Shown: in pieces, positions 62,046 through 64,000 of the stretch | Layout: each line of letters opens with the position of its first letter | How positions within the stretch are numbered: the first letter of the stretch is position 1 | Assembly: GCA_963924565.1 (NCBI GenBank) | Contig: OZ004608.1 | Location: forward strand, 29,512,001-29,576,000 | Direction: 5' to 3' | From: Ascidiella aspersa | Taxonomy: Eukaryota | DNA length: 64,000 bases | Translations under genes and position numbers: made by a program | Notes under the pieces: generated by a model | Databases searched by the model: none | What the model saw: the letters and a program-made list of their open reading frames with translations, nothing else | What the model was told of the DNA's origin: nothing

Positions 62046-64000
62046 GATAAAAACTATAGTTTTTTAACCAGAAATCAGATCTTTTCGACAATTTTATTCA
62101 ATCTTCATTGCCCGCACTGGTAATCGAAACGTTGGCACTTTAATAAAATTTTGCCGGAAGAGCAGTTTTACGATTGAAACAATGCCTGGCAGCAACAGCA
62201 TATTCATGGAAATCAGATGTCACTGTTTATTTTTTATTTTTGTAAAATGTAGGATAATTAAGAAATTATTAGGTTTAAAAAGTGTGCCGCAAGTTATTTT
62301 TTATGTTATCTTAGTATGCAGCAAGCTAAAAAGGCTCAAGAACCACTGGTGTACTCTGGTTGTATTATTGGTGATACTCAAACAACATAGGTTTAAATAA
62401 TTTCATCCACCGTCCAATGCCATTTTGTTTATATTCCTTCACACAGATAGAGTCTTTCCTAGAATTTTTAGGGAGCAAACATAGCTATTAAGCAGCACTA
62501 AAACCTTTTAATCTTTGGTAAAAGCCGTATTTGTCTAATTTCAAATCTGGAAATCAGGTGTCACTATTTAACGACAACTTGTTTAACAATTTTGACAGAC
62601 TTTCGCACAATTGTGCTTCAGCAGGTCAAACTAGCTTACTTTTCTTAGATTGTCTTTATCTTGGGGATCTTTATCGGTGTGAAGGAATTTAAATTAATAG
62701 AAACAAAGTGGCAAAGTAAGTTGAATGAAACTATCAGTATCAATACATTAAACCTTTTTGTTAAAATATCACCAATAATACAACGAGTGTAGATCAGTAG
62801 TTCCCGAGAGATTTAAACTTGCGACATACTAATATACAATAAAAATAACTCCCGGCACACATTTTAACCCATAAAAAAGATTATCCTACACTAAAAAAAT
62901 TATCCTGGTTTTCCAACATTTTGAGGTAACAATAATAATATTATTATTAATAATAAGTGAGGTAATATTAATAACCAAACAAAAAGGACAGGAACAAATT
63001 GATAACGATTTTAACAACACAACAAAAAACATATCATTCGTTATCAGACGCTGATGGTGGCACTTTTTAATACACAAAATTACGGTTTTCATGACTGTAG
63101 CTTTTTGCCGAAAAAGAATATATCCTTATACGGGATAACAGTAATACACCCGAGCTTAACGCTTAATGGTCCTTTGTTAGATTACTTTTAAGACACCCAC
63201 AAAATCTAAGGGTTGGTCTCAGAAAACAAGACTGTCTTGACGTGCCACGCCCACGCGCACACACCCCCATTGTGCAAAAGTGCTGAAACATGATGACGTG
63301 CTATGTTACACTGTTCGACCACAATCGTGCATTGGGTCACCCAAACTGAAAGAACAAGCGCATGTCGGTCCGTTTCGATTAAACACGTTTTGTCGTATTG
63401 TAGACGAAGTTTGTGCATTGTGACGAAAAAGAATGAAAAGAAAAACTTAGTGACGTCACGCGTGGTTGGAAGGCGCACGCGCGGAATTTACCTAAAGTGC
63501 CGCTGGCGGGGGGTTGGTTGGCTCGGTGTCAATTAATTACTCGGTTGAAATCAATTAATTGAAGAACGTAGCAAGCGAAGTGCCGCTCATGATTTTCTGG
63601 TCGAACGTCAAATCCGCTTGGGGAATTTTGGTGTTTTAAATTTAAGAGAGCGATATTAATTACATTTTGTTTTAGTAAGTTTCAAGATCATTACATGGGG
63701 TGAGCTCTACAATATACTACGCCGTTTTAGGCATTTACGGCTTTCTACGAGTTTTTGGCGTCACAATTAATGAAAGGGGAGTTTCAAGCAAATCAATCCC
63801 TATCGCTGAGAGTAAGTTTCCACGATTTCTTGTTTTTATTAGTAACGAATTATTACTAAAGAATGCCGAACAGCGTAAATCATAGTTATTTTAAGGGAAA
63901 AAATGACAATAATAGGTTGATGGATTTTTAAAGCGGGGGGGAACATACGATTACAAATCTGCCTTTGGTTTTGCCTCGGGAACAGTCTAAACGCCTAGCC

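Noticed and set aside
62640-62676. DKDPQDKDNLRK followed by a gtaagc donor as a possible upstream ERC exon
   Set aside because: No in-frame acceptor, no similarity to the expected upstream ERC sequence, and adjacent to a dispersed repeat.

Overview
Eukaryotic (animal) genomic DNA, most likely an invertebrate chordate such as a tunicate. That assignment is inferred from the vertebrate-like ERC exon structure, short MITE-filled introns and abundant TGACGTCA motifs; the species cannot be determined. The only gene I can support is the 3' half of an ERC/ELKS/CAST active-zone scaffold gene (ERC1/ERC2 co-orthologue) on the minus strand. It has 12 GT-AG coding exons between 61556 and 43745 that join in frame (1521 nt, 506 aa plus stop) and end in the RIM-PDZ-binding motif DDGEGIWA*; the 5' part lies beyond 64000. 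The ~43.7 kb downstream (1-43700) has no credible coding sequence. Instead it alternates ~0.4-0.6 kb GC/CpG-rich, transcription-factor-motif-rich blocks with AT-rich spacers full of hAT-type MITEs, at roughly 1.0-1.5 kb spacing, and the pattern continues into the last two ERC introns. This is what a cis-regulatory landscape would look like. Since vertebrate ERC1/ERC2 lie just upstream of WNT5B/WNT5A, it may be the Wnt5 regulatory block (inference). Other notable structures are a TSD-flanked, internally inverted tRNA-containing retro-insertion (51143-51582), a ~1 kb fold-back built around a hAT MITE next to a 3' splice site (52412-53411), a candidate in-frame 27-nt ERC microexon (57878-57904) and paired DR4 nuclear-receptor elements (30222-30289).
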